A DNA stretch of 61,519 bases from Octopus bimaculoides (GCF_001194135.2 NC_068985.1:101288711-101350229), one strand, 5' to 3'. Positions 13,281-26,723 are shown, counted from the first letter of the stretch. A program made the numbers and translations. Notes: generated by a model not told the origin, from the sequence alone.

Positions 13281-14330
13281 GAACATATAGAAAACAAAAG
13301 ACGAAGACGGGTGTGTAAACAACAAAGAGATGTATTAGTTTAACGCCCGGGAAGTGATAAAGTCTTTCACGAGACGTCCCTAGCTCTTCGACAGAAAGGA
13401 GCGCAGAGATCAAGTGTGGATTAAGAGAAACGACAATAGGAAAAAGCAGAAAGTACAAAAGAGTTTAGAAAAGTTCAAAAGGCTCAAACGGCGTAGTGTA
13501 TTGTAGCGATTTCTCATAAAAGGAAGAGTCCAGTGCAATCCATGGGTAGAAGATGCGCAGCAGAAGTGTAGGGGTCTGTGTAAAGGAGAGCTGATAGTCA
13601 AAGGAAAGGATGCAGGTAGAATAGTCCAAGAAAAGTTCGAAGTGTTATGAGGTGGAAGCAGGATAAACAAACAAGCACAAGGAAGAAAAGAAAGCAAGAA
13701 ACAACAACCACGCAAGGACGTGCTACAAGAACTGTTTTATTGGACGCTCAGGAAAGGAAAGAAAAGGAAGAGGATTTGATGTTTGGAGCGAGGCTCTTCA
13801 TCACGAATATAGATAAAGCCCAAGGAAGTGACAGAGCAATAGAATCGTCAACGATACACCTGCTCTCACGTATATACATATATATATATATATATATANN
13901 NNNNNNNNNNNNNNNNNNNNNNNNNNNNNNNNNNNNNNNNNNNNNNNNNNNNNNNNNNNNNNNNTATATATGTATAACACAAAATGGGACAAGAACACAA
14001 AACATCCAGAAAGTTAGGGGATACACGAAAGGGACAAAACAATTAGCTAAATGATACAAAGTAGACACGGACAGGTCAGTCGGAGTTTTCTTTCTTCAGT
14101 CGAGATCCATCATCCTTGCAATTTCGGCTGGTTATTCTCGATATTGCTCCAATCTGGTCAGCCCCAAGCAAAACCTAAGCTGAAAGCATTAGATTACTTG
14201 GAAGAAAGCAGCGAATGTATACTAAAACAAGGACGGAAAAAACGAACAATGTCACACAAATAGAGGAGGAATAATAACGGGACACAAAAACAGATGTCTT
14301 TCGACTAACGACGAATATAATTAAGCTGGT
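13281..14330 (-). mobile_element. Composite of decayed PLE-like 3' ends
   Basis: The minus strand is pyrimidine-rich and carries degenerate HHR-like motifs (13773-13809; weaker at about 13345-13395 and 14070-14105). A weakly GIY-YIG C-terminus-like stretch (HNTSNFS...THGLH) lies at 13500-13660. Family assignment is inference. Confidence 0.42.
13773..13809 (-). ncRNA. Degenerate minimal hammerhead ribozyme
   Basis: Minus strand reads ATTC-gTGATGA-A-GAGC-CTC-GCTC-cAAAC-aTC-aAATC. Stem II is intact (GAGC/GCTC), but there are about 4 substitutions relative to a canonical core and stem I, so it is probably inactive. Confidence 0.4.
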
Positions 14331-14510
14331 GTATATGGAAATAAGGCCTTACAGCCGGGATACAATATTTCACAGGCACACAGAGAAATATCGATGTCGC
14401 ACGCATAACAACCGCCCAAGAAAGAAAGGTCAGGCTTGGCGGAACACCGGTCACGTGGGAAGAGAAGAGAGAGTGGTAGAAGCAATACTGTATTTGTGTA
14501 ACATTGTTCG

Positions 14511-14511
<1 letters not shown>

Positions 14512-14601
<90 letters not shown>
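14512..14601. repeat. (TA)n microsatellite, about 45 units, followed by (GATA)n
   Basis: Seen directly. One of many dinucleotide and tetranucleotide arrays in the window. Confidence 0.98.
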
Positions 14602-14605
<4 letters not shown>

Positions 14606-15698
14606 GGAAGAGAAAAAGAGATGGATAGATAGATAGATAGATAGATAGATTGATAGATAGATAGATACTTCGCCATAAATGCATAATGTACGTAAACACG
14701 GATGACAAAATTCATGTATAATTATGAGAAATGAAACTTTTGAACAATTCCGTTATCATATATATGTGCATATCCAGTGATCATATATCAGTTGCTTGAA
14801 ACTATTTCTCAGTCACCATTAGAAAGGAGACAACGAATAAAATTCGACCATTATTCTATTCATATTTGTGACATGAGAAGTGGTGGAGTCACGGAAAATA
14901 TCATGAACAACGTGTCAGCAGAAACAATTATTCCATAAAATAGTCTCTTACAAAAGCACTTTGCCTTATATATTGCTGTTTTCGACTTCAAGTTATATAG
15001 CGCCAACACACGGCAAGATACTTCACAAAAATCATTGATAGAGAAACCAAGTAATGTATTTCCTATGCCGTGTATCAAAATATCTTATAACTTTTTTTAT
15101 GGTTATAAAAATATTATAAATGCAGAAAATGTTTTTTCAGTCAGTTAAGCTTCTTCTTACTCCGGGCTGCGCTAAGCGGACTAATTGCAATATGTAAATT
15201 ATCGTCTGCAAAAATATGGTTAGCAAGACGCATGCATTTGAATAGTTTCTCATTTCTTTTCACTAATTATAAAGACATATTTTTGTAATTCCATATTCAT
15301 AAGACACTTATAAACTTGGTTATGAATAAACATTTACCTGTATAAATCTATGAGTATTTAATATTAACTCTTTTCATATTCAGCATTAATGAACTCTTCC
15401 TCTTAACTGAGAACAAGAAAGAAAAATGAAAGATTTGCGGCCCTATAATTGTTATAGACGTTTCTCACATATCGATATATGCATGTATGTTCACTTTTCA
15501 ACGTATAATTTTCAAAATACTGTGACATGCATCATTGCTTACATTGTAAAGAAATTTACTTAATTTTCTAGAAGTGATACCTTTTCTGCATACCTATGAG
15601 TAACTTTCAAATATGAGGTTAAGTTCCTAAAGCAGCCTCCAGAAAAACAAAAACAGCTTAATACATTTTGTTATTATTCTAAGTATTCTCAATATCAA

Positions 15699-15881
15699 AG
15701 ATGGTGGGCTACTAGAATTGATAGGACGACGGGCAAAATGCTTAGTGACATTTCGTTCATCTACACGTTCTGAGTTCGAAATCCGCCAAGGTTGACTTTG
15801 CCTTTCATCATTTCGGAGTTGATAACGCACGTACCAGATGAACAGGGTGAACTTGCTGGCCTTGTGCCAGAAGTGAAATCG
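15699..15881 (+). mobile_element. tRNA-derived SINE (Nin/Deu-like core) with 16-bp target-site duplication
   Basis: The SINE body is flanked by the exact direct repeat GTATTCTCAATATCAA at 15683-15698 and 15882-15897. Confidence 0.85.
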
Positions 15882-16589
15882 GTATTCTCAATATCAATTA
15901 TGATAATTCATGCGAACTTAAAAATGCAGATTAAAGTTATATGTTTCATAATTTTTCAGGAATGAAGAGGGTTTTTTTTAAAAAGTTTATAGCGATTTGC
16001 TCGTCACTTCCACATGTCCTTCAATGAACTGGAACGTTTCGGATCATTCCGTGTACCACGTCTTCGATCTGTACTCTATTCTGTTTTTAACTTTCTGCAG
16101 ACATTTGAAAAAAAAAACCCTTATTCATTTTCCGTATAGTATTTTAAAATACACGTTCCTTAGTTTTACACATATAGGTATCAATAAATAATTACTTTAA
16201 ACTAAATGTAATAATGAACTTAATGTAGTTGCTGTAGAGGCCATACACATATTTGTGGATATTGTTTAAATGAATCGCAATATATTTATGTTTTTAAATG
16301 CTAATTCTCTTTACCATTTGGATCCCATATTTCAGTATATCATTTCGTGATACACTCAACAAAATCCAGAATTGCTGCATTTTCATATTAAAATTTCAAA
16401 AGCAGATCGACCTGTTGAAGAGTAATTTTTTTTTTCATTTGTACACTTGTAAATTTTCTTATATCTAAAATTATTGAAATTTTGTTAAAAGGCTCTCCCA
16501 CAATGTTATTGCCATCGTTGTTTACGGATAATGCATCTAGTACGATACAAAATTATGGATCCATTTTTGAGACGTTTTCACCAATCTTT

Positions 16590-17520
16590 CTGATTATCCG
16601 ATAACATTTTCACTCGATATCCGTACTTCACCCAAAACACTGCTCTCGCCACCATTATTTTACATTGCTCTTGCGTTCCAACGTCTAGTCAATTTCACAT
16701 TCTCCGCCGTCATCGACCCATTACTGCAGACACTGGAGGCTCTGTGGGGCGTCCCGCGTGATCTAGGGTGCGGGAGGAGAGGAAGAGCTTATGCGGACGA
16801 CACCACCGTCATCATATCCTGAGACAGACACCTGCATCTAGTAGGTGATGCTATTAGGAAGTACGAAGAGGTATCAGAGGCAGAAATAAACCGTGAGAAG
16901 ACGGTCGGCCTGCAGCTCAGCATCTGGCGATGCAGTTCGATGCCATCTAACAATGTAGTAGGACGTTGGAAGGACTGTGTGGTGATATTGCTCGGAGTCT
17001 GGTTCGGTCCGAACCTCCAAATAGAAACTGAGGTGATATTACGAGCAGAGTGGACAATCTCACCAAGAAATGGGAAAAGGAAAGCTGTCCCTAAAAGGGA
17101 GGGCGGAGGTAGCGAATGTGTTCATCGCATCTGGCAACACCTACCACGTAACCGTCGTGCCCTGCCAAGATTCGTATCTGCTCAAGAAAGAGCGCTAGAT
17201 TTTCTGCTTTCCGTGGAAAGACATAGGTCTACATGTTACACGGTCTATTTGCTGATAACTATCACTAAATGTAGTGCAGCGTATGCCTTGGCCGGAAGTG
17301 CACAGACATGCACTAAGAGGAAGATATTTCCAGCTCGACAGTAAACATGTGTGGTCGGCCTCGAGAAAATCGTCTTCCCACAGTTCAACTCATTTAATGA
17401 AGTGAACTCGTGGAACAAACGTAGGCTTAGGTTGGCTGTTTGGCAAGCTGAATACTGTTTGTCTCTCTCGCTTCTCTGCCGAACTTGAAATGCGAGCGGC
17501 GGGGGTTCCAACTCGTCCTT
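16590..17520 (+). mobile_element. L1/Tx1-like LINE reverse transcriptase fragment (pseudogenised)
   Basis: AYADDTTVIIS at about 16787-16820 (RT catalytic motif), then ILLGVWFGPNLQIE and, after a frameshift, RKLSLKGRAEVANVF. Typical of the Tx1-like RT C-terminal region. GC-rich island relative to flanks. Confidence 0.85.
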
Positions 17521-17537
17521 TTATCGAATATAAGAAT

Positions 17538-17612
17538 ACAACACAGCACCCGGTCTGGGAATCGAACCTACGATCTCGTAATCGTGAGTGCTACACCCTA
17601 ACCACTAAGCCA
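17538..17612 (-). mobile_element. tRNA-derived SINE head (Pol III A/B boxes)
   Basis: Minus strand reads TGGCTTAGTGGTTAGGG...GGTTCGATTCCCAGACCGGG; the same head as the element at 41605-41979. Confidence 0.75.
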
Positions 17613-20399
17613 TTCCCCTTCACGCACACACAAGCACGCACACATACACACACACACATACATATATGTATGCATCTATCCATCTATCTCTCTCTCTGTA
17701 TGTATATATATATATATATTGTGTATGTGTGTATATATGTCTGTGTGTCTGTGTGTGAGTATGCAAACGAAAATTTCTCGCTCATGTATGAGTTTGCGTT
17801 CCAGTATATCAGTTTGTGATTAAAAGTAACTTGACTGTTGCGATTCATATCAGATAATGTTTGAGAAGCAAACTACATTTTTATATTTTCAAACACGTAC
17901 CTGGCAACTCTTACTTTTTACATGCACATACACACTCACACATATGCTCGCTGACATATATAAGGATACGTTAATATATCTATATTGATAGACGGAATTA
18001 TGCTTTTTGAACAAGGCTCTTAATTTATGTGATATTAAATCGGGAACGTTTAAGAACTTTTAGTACAATGGAACGGTAAATATACATTTATTCCTGTATT
18101 TATATTTCTATTCATATTTTCGTGTATGGATCTGCGTTTGGTCACGTTTGTATTATTATACGCGTGGCTTTGTGTATGTTATTGAATAGAATATCAATGT
18201 CTATGTCGTCGATTTCTTATCCTTTCTTACCGTTTATGTCTTTGCTTTTTTTGTTTAATTACATTCCGTTGCATTCTGTATAAGGTTTGCAGTGGAGATA
18301 GGAAGTAAATTTAATGAATAAATATAAGTTTCTGTACATCAACAGTAAGATTGAAACTTGTCATATACATATTTTCGATAAGGTCGATGTGCAAATGGAC
18401 TCGTGATTTAATTAAATATATTTAATTCCTTTTTTAAAAATGCGTATTTCAGATGCAAATTCATGCATGCCCATAAAATCGCACCTATATTGATAGGTAT
18501 ATACTCATGTAGGAAAGTAGAAATGTACGTGAGTATATCTGTATCTATGTGTGTGCGAGTAAGTATGTTAGGAGTCCATACATTTTTGCATGAGTACGCA
18601 TGTGATGGAATATATTATTGTGTGCGTATGCGAATGTTCGGTCGGGAGAGATTGGCAGTATATGAAAGACCGCATGTTAAATCGCAGAAAAAAAAAACAA
18701 AAGTAGTTGAAATGGAGATATTGACATTCGAAATGACATAGTGTGTGATTCACGGTTAAGTGAAAAGTAGGAGATTCATTAAAAGAAACAATTGAGAATA
18801 GAACATTAAAGCGAAAATGTGATTTAAGGGGGAAAATCAGATACTTAAGTGAGTGAAATAGGAGAGATAAATTGTGATTTCGCAAACCGTTCACAGCGTG
18901 CGTAACAAAAGCTTATGCGAATATACATACATACATATGCACACACACATTTATATATATGTACATGCATGCATATATATGAATATATGAGTGCGAATGT
19001 GTGCGCGTGTATTACTGTTTACGCATGTATATGTATGTATATATGCATATATATATATGTGTGTGTATAACTTATGTATATATATCTATATAATATATAT
19101 ATTTATATATATATAATGTATATATATATATGTGTGTATATATATATATATATAAGCATAGATGATTTTTTTTCTGTGATTCTCTTAATATAATTTCCTG
19201 CACGTATATTGAATGCACTTTGAAATTTCTATTATCAAATTGAATAAGAAATTGATTAATGGGCAAATTTTTAATATAGGTTTCATATTTCAAGTATTTT
19301 TTTTTATACCGCATGCATAAATGCAATTAAATTTCGTCATACAGGCTCACTCACTTTTGTACGTCTGTGCGTGTATGTGTATATATTCATAGATGCAAGA
19401 ATACATATATATATTTGTATGGATGTATGCATATATAAGCATGTATTTAAATATATATTTATATACATGCTTATGTACACACACACACACATACACACAC
19501 ACACACGCATATATATATTTATATGTTATGCGTGTGTGTGAGTGTGTATGCGCGCGTACATGGATGTTTGAATGCATGTATGTAGATATGAACAAACAGG
19601 ACTAAAAAATGCTCATATTAAATCTGGAATCGAGTTTATACTTCATTCGATGATGAAGATTCACTTCGTTGATGTTCATAGATCGCCGTTCATCATTCTG
19701 CATGTTTTAGTTATTGTTTTTTTCTACAAGTGCCAGATTGCAGTTTGTTGATTGTTCTATAGATTATTTGAAGTCCTTAATCGAAGAAATCTAGTGTTGC
19801 TCATTGCAAGCAGCGCTGATTCCACCGAAAAAAGTAACTCTTTGTTATTATGACAGAAATATCTTCTCTATCGTTAATCTTGATAGCAACGCTATCATCG
19901 TTAGACAGTTAAATATTACTGACAAGTTCAGTTGCCACATTATTATTGATGAAGGGTTGACTGTTTGGCAATGGGGTTGACAATGGCATGGTAAGGCATA
20001 TGTAGTTGGTGTGTGTCTCCTATAACAGATTCTGTTGCATTTTCTTCATGTTTGAGACATCATCACTGAACCTCGTAATAAAACCCGATCATGTCATGTG
20101 AAGTCCATTTACAGTCGTGGCCAAATATCTAGACCATCTGTCTAAAAAATTAAAACTCTTACGATAAACGTAAACAAACAAACGAAGTTTGCTTTTAGAA
20201 GCGTTGAGATGTCTTAGATAGTTAAAGAAGTAATCGCATCTGCAATAAAGTACCCGAATGTAATATTGAATGATAATAAGCACAGAATAATCTTCATTTC
20301 TATCGTTACATGTTGCAGATTTTGTGTAACTTGTTGCAAACTAACTAAAGTTCTAATATTCAATTAACTACAGCGTTGCACGAATTTTGAAAATAATCT

Positions 20400-20655
20400 C
20401 TATAGCTGTGTGGTGAGAAGTTTGCTATCGTGTAATTGTGTGTGTATTTAGGTGTGGGTTTCTTTATGCCTTTGTTCCTCACCATTAGTTGACAACCGCT
20501 GTCAGTATGTTTACGTCACCATGGCTGTTCGGTGAAAGCGACCGATTGAAAAAAGTACTAGACTTTGAAAGAGTAGGTTCATTTCTTCGACCGAAACACT
20601 TTAACGCGGTGCTCCAGCATGGCCACAACCGAATGACTGAAACAAGTATAAAGAG
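20400..20655 (+). mobile_element. SINE, internally deleted copy of the microsatellite-containing family
   Basis: GCTGTGTGGTGAGAAGTTTGCT head and TTGACAACCG..GTTTACGTC...GCGGTGCTCCAGCATGGCC...AATGACTGAAACAAGTA tail. Shares segments with 25380 and 37550. Confidence 0.7.
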
Positions 20656-22149
20656 TGTATTCTCATACAAGTATTATTTTTTATTCTTTAGGATATATAA
20701 ATTTATTGAAAATCTTCAATTTTATATAATCTGGAGCGAGTAATGTGAAGAAATATTATTCAGATCCTGCTTGTGCCTCAAGAACGACACAAAAAAAAAG
20801 AAATGGTAAAAAAATCAACATGAAAAGTAAAAAAAAAACAATGCGTGTAATGAGATACAGGTGCAGTTTTACTGTATTTACGTAAGTAATTAAATTCTGG
20901 ATCGGAAGGGAAAAAGAAAGAAATACAGATTTACATTTAAACGAGAATTACCAGCGAGAGATGAGCAGGCAAATTATATACGTTTATCTCTTAGTAACGC
21001 AAAATGATGCGTTAAATTACCACACCAAAGCTAGAATTTTGTACAAGGAACTTATGTCATTTTTATCTTTCCCTTCATTCAATGAATTCAGACATTATAA
21101 TGGGGGGGGGGACGCAAGACAGGGAAGATGTAATGATATTCTTCGTAATATTTACAGCAAAGAACAAACGGAATGCTTANNNNNNNNNNATATATACTGT
21201 GGAGCTTTTGGTGAAAATGAAAACGGATATTTATTGGGTGGAGTCAAACATCGAGCATATTCCTTTTCTGTTTCACATTTTGAATCAAAATTTTACCTTC
21301 ATTATAAAAGTATCACATTTTTCAAAAATGAAGTGTAAGATTTCTCTGTTTTTTCTACAAAATATCGAACGTGTGACATATGAGTTTAATCATCTTTACC
21401 ATTTCAGATAATTGAAAATATAAATTCTTCTTTTACAGGCGTCGAATGCATAAACTAACAAATACTCAAATTGTAATCTTCTTTTCAACGACGTTGTACT
21501 CAGATATGAGGTGGAATTGAATGAATTGCATGTATATTAGTGTTTGTTTCCAAAACACAATCTGCAAACTTTGGTAAGCTGATATGTAGATTAAGGTGTT
21601 TGATCGACCAGACAGACATTACTTTATTTTTCTACGAATATATTGTGAGAAAACGTTTACAATGTCTAATATGCAATGAACATGGTCGAAAATAGATATA
21701 CTTACAAAGTGCCTAAGAGCTAAACAAAACAGCTGCAAAATTTATTGCGTCAGATTTTGAGAAGGAAAAATACAATATGCAAGCACAGCACTCTGTTCCA
21801 TTTGAACAGTCCATATAGTCAAATTTTTATAACTTAAATTCTTTAGTTTTCTGACCATAGACAATTGGTCCCTGTTCCTTTCAGTTTAATAGTTTTCCGT
21901 GTTAGGTTGCACCGGGGATAATGTAAAATTTTAGAAGATTTTCGGAAGTGTTTCCCTATCATAAATAAGGGACATTTATTTTATTTAAATTGAATTCCTC
22001 TGACTTAAACATTTCCTGATCATTAATTCAAATCTATTCTTTCTTTTGGTGTCCAATAAAGAATGTTTCATCATATACTTATTGGAGTAATGTATGGTGC
22101 CTACTCATTGAAAAATGAGCCGGTCGTTACTCTAGGACAGTCATAGAAT

Positions 22150-22206
22150 GACTAAACTTTCATGGGCTGACTAAACGTTCATAGGCAGACTAAACATTCA
22201 TAGGCT
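22150..22206. repeat. 19-bp tandem triplication of a mariner terminal motif
   Basis: GACTAAACTTTCATGGGCT / GACTAAACGTTCATAGGCA / GACTAAACATTCATAGGCT. Related to AAGTTCATACGCT at the opposite end (about 23941-23953, minus). Confidence 0.85.
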
Positions 22207-22522
22207 GCTCAAGGAATGTAACCAAAAGAGATTTATTATTTTGCAAGCCACACATGTTTTCCATTGGTGTTGGAGTGCATGTATCCCATAGGTGAAGAAG
22301 CTTTCATCCTATTGGTTAAAACATCATCAACAACAGACATGACATCATCACTGCAATACTGGTTCTCAGACAAGTATTTTTTTTTTCATATTGGGGAACA
22401 GATGTTACTCAGATAGGTTCACTTCGGGAGAATAGATGGGGTTCAGTTCTAAATTTAAGACTTGAGGAATTAAGTACGTTATTTGCATTTGACGGATATT
22501 TGTTCTCATCTTGTTTGTTCTT

Positions 22523-22570
22523 AACACAACGTTTCGGCTGATATACCATCCAGCCTTCAATAGGGGATTT
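22523..22570 (-). ncRNA. Hammerhead-like motif in SINE tail (CUGAUGA box mutated)
   Basis: Minus strand reads CCC-CTatTGA-A-GGCTG-GATGGTATAT-CAGCC-GAAA-CG-TT-GTGTT. Stem II and GAAACGTT are intact. Confidence 0.5.
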
Positions 22571-22627
22571 GGAGATATTTCGGACCTGAGTTCTCATTCC
22601 TAAGATAGTTTTCGATGTTGTTGTTGC

Positions 22628-22665
<38 letters not shown>

Positions 22666-22758
22666 TTGCTGCTCGGAATCGAACTCGGAATCTTGGGGTT
22701 AGTAGCTCGCGCTCTTAACCACTACGCCGTATGCCGGAGGCAAATGGCATAGTGGTTA

Positions 22759-22800
<42 letters not shown>

Positions 22801-22809
22801 GTAATACTA

Positions 22810-22852
<43 letters not shown>

Positions 22853-22903
22853 CAACATCGAAAAATATCTTAGGAATGAGAACCCAGTTTCGAAATTTCT
22901 CCC

Positions 22904-22951
22904 AGACACCTGATGAAAAACTGGAGGGTATATCAGCCGAAATGTTGTGTT
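22904..22951 (+). ncRNA. Minimal type-I hammerhead ribozyme-like motif in SINE tail
   Basis: AGACAC-CTGATGA-AAAACTG-GAGGGTATAT-CAGCC-GAAA-TG-TT-GTGTT. Stem I GACAC/GTGTT and both core boxes are intact; stem II is reduced and the C of the AACGTT palindrome is mutated. Confidence 0.6.
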
Positions 22952-24004
22952 AACAACAATCAGGATGAGGACAAATGTCCGTCACATGTAAATAATATAA
23001 ATAATGTAAATAGGTGGGGTTATTTACATTATAACTCAAAGCCAGAGTCATGCACGACTGCTATTGAAACCAAACACCTGTATGCTGGAATATTGTCCTC
23101 ATGTAGCAAAAACTCCTTTCTTTATAGCTTTTCCTAAATGCATCATCAAGTTGGCATAGCACTCTCCTTAGGTATTGTAGACATTTTAAGGATACTCAAT
23201 AAAAATAGTGCTTTTATATACCTCAAATCGACGCCATCACCCTCCCTACAGACGAAATTTCCTAGGTCTTCTTTGGAATTGATCCAGAGGACTGTTTACA
23301 CTACATGGTTTATCTCTTTGTTTCTGGCTGAAAACGATGAAGCCAACACTCAACCTGGGTAAGGAGACGTTCAAGGAAATCAGCTGGAGCTGCTTAAAAC
23401 AGCATCGGATTTTCCCGTAATATAATCTACCAAGTCCGTTCGTTTTTGATCAGGTGTCAGATGACTTGGTATCCGGTGAGCAGAAACGTTCGTCATAAAA
23501 AGTTCATTCACCAGAATATTCTCATCTCTCCCTTGGAACATGCTAATACCGTTGGCTAGTTTATTTATAGTCAACCACCTGTTATTTATCACACTATGCC
23601 GAACCCGATCAACACTTTTCTTTGTTAGCGGCAATTTAAGGCTGTATAGACTTTGGGCTATCTTCAATAATCCCCTTTCCCTTCTTGAATTAAGCAACTC
23701 ACTTCTTCCCTCTTGGTAAACCTGGATCATCTTCCCTAATGTAGCAAGCTTTCGAACATCAATATCCTTGGAGTTAACTCACTTTTCTGCAGGTAATGGA
23801 CAACATTACGAAGCTAAATTTTATCCATTTGCAAGTGAAATTGCTACTAGTTATATTTGTATCTTCCTTGAATTGTCATATATCAATTTGCCTAGAATCA
23901 ATGCAGATGAGGTCCTAAATTAATGCATGCAAGAAGCTCTAGCGTATGAACTTCTCAGCCAACATTTGTATATAGCACAATCTATTCTATAGATGATATA
24001 CTCC

Positions 24005-24305
24005 CTTCGGGGAATTTCTTTTACCTTTACGTTCTGAGTTCAAATACCGCCGAGGTCGATTACCTAAAACCGTTTAGGGATTGATATATTAAGCACCATT
24101 AGGGGCGATGTAAACGTCTAACCACCAGGATTTCAGGCCTTGTGCCTACAGACGAATGTATTACTCCTCATAACAAAAAGGGCGAGCAAGCAGAATTGTT
24201 AGCAGGCCATAGAACGTGCTTAGCGGCATCCTTCCGGGATTTTTTTTTTCTGAGTTGAAATTAAGTTTTGGTCGACTTTTGCTTTTATCCTTTCGGGGTC
24301 GATGG
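24005..24305 (+). mobile_element. Two adjacent decayed Nin/Deu-like SINE copies
   Basis: TTACGTTCTGAGTTCAAATACCGCCGAGGTCGA...GGCCTTGTGCCTA (to about 24160), followed by GGGCGAGC...ATCCTTTCGGGGTCGAT (24176-24305). Confidence 0.7.
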
Positions 24306-25129
24306 AATATGTGATTTCATACCCTAACCTGGAGTCATGGTAGTAAATCAAGAATTCGATCCGCTGTAGTGTCTGTAATTACTATTATTCCACTATTTCC
24401 AAGTTACTATATTTCCGTTCAATTTGTCAACCACACTAACCCTCATTCTCTCTCTTTGTCTCTTTTTCTTTCTCTCTCCGTCTTTCTCTTTCAGCCTCTT
24501 CCTTTACTTATCTACTGACATATTAGACTTTGACATATTGCATTTCTTTGACTGTAACTTTTACTAGACACCGACGATACACCTGCATTTGACAGCTATA
24601 TGTAAGTTACTCTAAATATTAAACAGCGGTGTAGAACATTGGTGTTTCGTTTCCTTAGCAGATGATGTGTATGTACTGCTCATTTTATGGAAACCATTGA
24701 AAATCATATCATGCATAGCAGAACTAGTGCTTCTTCCCAAATGATATCAGATATACATGATCAAAAGCAACGTCAAGCATTTTATAAATGAAATGCACAG
24801 AAGAAACTTATGAAAGCGGTAATCAAGTGTACACCACTCTATGTCTTTCTGTATATGTATGTGTCTAATCGTGCACGTATATGTATGTTGTGAGGTATAT
24901 ATTGCTATTATTTTATATAGTAATTGCTGGAAGGAAACAGTGTTGCCCTGCGGTTGGCTCATACGGTGTATATCGACAACTTGTAATTGGAGCCATAAAG
25001 AGTCGAAGACGATGCCTTATACAGACGTCTTCCAGCATATAGTTTAGTGATTAAAAGGCATAATTATCAGTTACTTTTATGCAGGTCAAGTTATGAACAA
25101 ATAAATTCTTGATAAAGAAGTATTATTTG

Positions 25130-25520
<391 letters not shown>

Positions 25521-25800
25521 TATTCTGTATGTCTTGTGTCTGAAAAGATTAACAACAAATATTTATGACACCAAATATTTTCTTGCAATCAGAAGATATC
25601 ACATAAAGTGATGTAGTTAACATAAAATGATCGTATACTTCCAGCCCCATTTCGTGCGAAAGGATTATGATTACACCAAAATCAGTTTTAATAAAATGCA
25701 ATTGCGTATTTTTGTGTAGACGTATTTAAACAAATCTATAATTTAAACAAGATTTCTAACAGAATCATTTTGATGCAGGTTTAGATTGGGTGTCAAACAT

Positions 25801-26015
25801 TCTTTTCTACTCTAGAGACAAGTCCCGAAATGTTTAGGGAGGGTGCCAGTCGATTAGATCGGCCTTACAAGGCAACTGATACTTAATTTATCGAACGCGA
25901 AAGGATAAAAGGCAAAATCGACCTCGGAGGAATTTGAACTCAGAACGTAACGACAGACGAAATACCGCTAAGCATTTCGCCCGATGTGCTAACATTTCCG
26001 CATGTCGCTGCCTTT
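25801..26015 (-). mobile_element. tRNA-derived SINE (Nin/Deu-like core)
   Basis: Collinear with 10555-10767 and 34270-34491. Confidence 0.85.
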
Positions 26016-26723
26016 TGGGTGTCAACTATTACGTGACAATTTTTATTCATTGGTACAGATAATATACGTGTTTCAGCATGGAAATATATGATATTTTAAA
26101 CTGTGCTAACTTGGCTGATGTTTATGTGGGATTATATACTCAGTGTCTAAGAGAAATCCTGATATAATTTCATTCGCTGTAGAGCAGAGAAAAGTGTGAT
26201 ATTGTGATTTAGTAATTGAGACAATCTTCTTGAGTAGTGATTACTTGCTAAATCGCACCAAAATTTCAGTTTGAATTCCAATGGCTGTTGACACAATTAA
26301 CTACATATTCAAAATACAGTTCCATCAATACTACAAAACTTCTAGTTCACTAACCTTTGTGTAATACATGTGGTCAAAAGAAACGTTGAAAAGAGATGCA
26401 ACTGAATAGGTGACGTTTGAATAGAGTTTTGCCAATGTTGACAATATCTCGCTTGAATTTCAGGGAAGCTACGCAAAACGATATCAACTGAGTTTTCCTT
26501 TATCCATAGAAAATGTAACCATTCTAGTTTGGCAGCCTTACATCAAAATACGTTACAGATATTTATTTCATACAGACCTCAACACTCATACAAGTTCACT
26601 GTTTGACGTAGTTGAAGACATTAAAATGCGACCTGTGCTCGATCTGCGATTTATGAAATAGTTTGTCCACACTAGAATCTGAATGTTTCCCCACTAATGA
26701 TATATTAGGCTTAATATTTACGT

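Larger units (their letters stand above)
22444..23008. mobile_element. Head-to-head inverted dimer of the tRNA-(AAT)n-hammerhead SINE
   Basis: Minus copy 22444-22735 (complete head, TTA array, tail) is joined to plus copy 22740-23008 (truncated head, AAT array, tail). Flanked by AATAGATGGGGTT (22431-22443) and AATAGGTGGGGTT (23009-23021). Confidence 0.9.
22150..23970 (-). mobile_element. Near full-length mariner element (dead transposase) interrupted by a nested insertion
   Basis: Minus strand: start MDKI at 23828; SVDRVRHSVINNRWLTINKLAN...RIPSHLTPDQKRT; QVECWLHRFQPETKR; LHEDNIPAY...GFEL; [insert 22444-23008]; then a YSP..L..HLFPNMKK...ALQHQWKTC-like segment; TIR-like GTTCATA(G)GCT motifs at both ends. 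About 1.25 kb once the insert is removed. Confidence 0.9.

Noticed and set aside
16000-16070. RFARHFHMSFNELERFGSFR frame, and GAAACGTT on the minus strand
   Set aside because: Short, with no supportable family; the HHR geometry does not close.
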